The position numbers and the translations under genes were made by a program. Below, in pieces: positions 35,159-36,189 of a stretch of 36,189 nucleotides of DNA. Under the pieces are notes generated by a model. That model made no database searches, had not been told where the DNA came from, and saw nothing but the letters and a program-made list of their open reading frames with translations. This DNA is from an uncultured Methanosarcinales archaeon. GTDB taxonomy: Archaea; Nanobdellota; Nanobdellia; Woesearchaeales; JABMPP01. How positions within the stretch are numbered: position 1 is the stretch's first letter; every line of letters begins with the position of its first letter. Location of the stretch: contig CAZSAD010000015.1 of the NCBI GenBank assembly GCA_964604995.1, positions 1-36,189 on the forward strand, given 5' to 3'.

Positions 35159-35233
35159 TAATCTTACCAATCAATATCATTTATTTTATTTACTAAATAT
35201 TTAAACTAAATACCCAATCATCTCTATTCCAAT

Positions 35234-36189
35234 TTACCAAGTTAACATTCCTTTATTTTTTTTGTAATCTTTATACATATACCATATATTTGATTTTGCT
35301 TCTTTAGCTGCTCGACTTTTTTCTTTTTCTAATGTCCACTTATCAATTTCTTTGCCTGCTTTTTTGTTTTTAGGATTACCCTTAAAAGAAGTAAATATCT
35401 CTCCAAATCCTCCAAAAAGTGCAGCAAATGGATTATCTCCACTAAGTTTTGTTTTTCTATATCCATGCTCTTCTGGAAGTTGATTATATCCTTTACTAAA
35501 ATCTTCTCCAGCTTCTTCAAGGTATTTTTTTAATTCATCACCTAAAGACATCATAGAAACTTTCAAAGATGAATCAATATCACCAATAAGTTCCATATCT
35601 TCTTCTTCTCTCATTTTAATATAATTATCAATTTGTTTTTGGCTCCATGCATAAGCTCTAAATGTCATTTCAAGTGCGCCGACATGTATTGGTCCTCTTT
35701 GATAATCTTGTTGATAGCTCATTTGTGGCTTTGTTCTAAATTCAAATGTTGCAATCACAACAGAATAGATATGCTTATTTTCTTTTGGTTCATGGTCATG
35801 CTCGAAAGATGTTGGGAATTTTTTTGCAAGAAATTCTAATTCAATCATGCTTGTTTCAAAAGCATTAATCATTTCAGGACTTTTTGTGTTATCATGCAAT
35901 TGCATTCTTTTGATATTTTGCAAATAAGGTTTAACCCACGCAAGATACATATGGATAATATCATAATGCTGTCTTAAATATTTAAGAGTAAAAATTCTTT
36001 TTGTATTTAATTCTTTAAATGTTGCATTTTTCCATTCAATATAACTTCTAAGTTTTCTTTTCAAAACTTCTTTTACCTTTCTATTAAAATCTAAATTATC
36101 AACAATAATGTCAACATCAGCACTTTTCTGAGGATGATATCTAAAAAATAAATCAGGAAGAACAATAAATTGCAGCTCTCTTGCCATTC
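35234..36189 (-). CDS. Conserved hypothetical helical protein (probably 5'-truncated by the window edge)
   Basis: Open frame of at least 317 aa reaching the window end; LPDLFF, YL-x-WVKPYL, Y-x2-YK-x4-M-x2-W terminus. Confidence 0.8.
   Translation of the reverse strand, partial: MARELQFIVLPDLFFRYHPQKSADVDIIVDNLDFNRKVKEVLKRKLRSYIEWKNATFKELNTKRIFTLKYLRQHYDIIHMYLAWVKPYLQNIKRMQLHDNTKSPEMINAFETSMIELEFLAKKFPTSFEHDHEPKENKHIYSVVIATFEFRTKPQMSYQQDYQRGPIHVGALEMTFRAYAWSQKQIDNYIKMREEEDMELIGDIDSSLKVSMMSLGDELKKYLEEAGEDFSKGYNQLPEEHGYRKTKLSGDNPFAALFGGFGEIFTSFKGNPKNKKAGKEIDKWTLEKEKSRAAKEAKSNIWYMYKDYKKNKGMLTW

Overview
AT-rich archaeal chromosomal segment. Archaeal TATA/BRE promoters, GGTGA/GGAG ribosome-binding sites, Tyw3, DUF483-like and S-layer-like genes point to a DPANN archaeon, probably Woesearchaeota (inferred from protein style, not from a search). 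Housekeeping and conserved genes (metG, TetA-like MFS, marC, tyw3 split by a 10-N scaffold gap, two SAM methyltransferases, MNT-HEPN fusion, TIM-barrel protein, orphan hybrid histidine kinase) are interleaved with many secreted or surface proteins. One of these, a >=816-aa Cys-rich ORF at 1..2448, is missing from the ORF track. The best candidate for a new system is a conserved tandem double-Hint module, Hint1(C...HN)-K-Hint2(C...no terminal Asn). It caps two otherwise dissimilar secreted proteins (2705..4105 and 16380..20273), both next to tail-fibre-like or Cys-rich adhesin genes. Also notable are a pair of small structured elements with compensatory stem changes, one flanked by a 26-bp direct repeat (32280..32484), and a phased array of 15-bp palindromes upstream of the kinase. 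No rRNA, tRNA or CRISPR array was seen.
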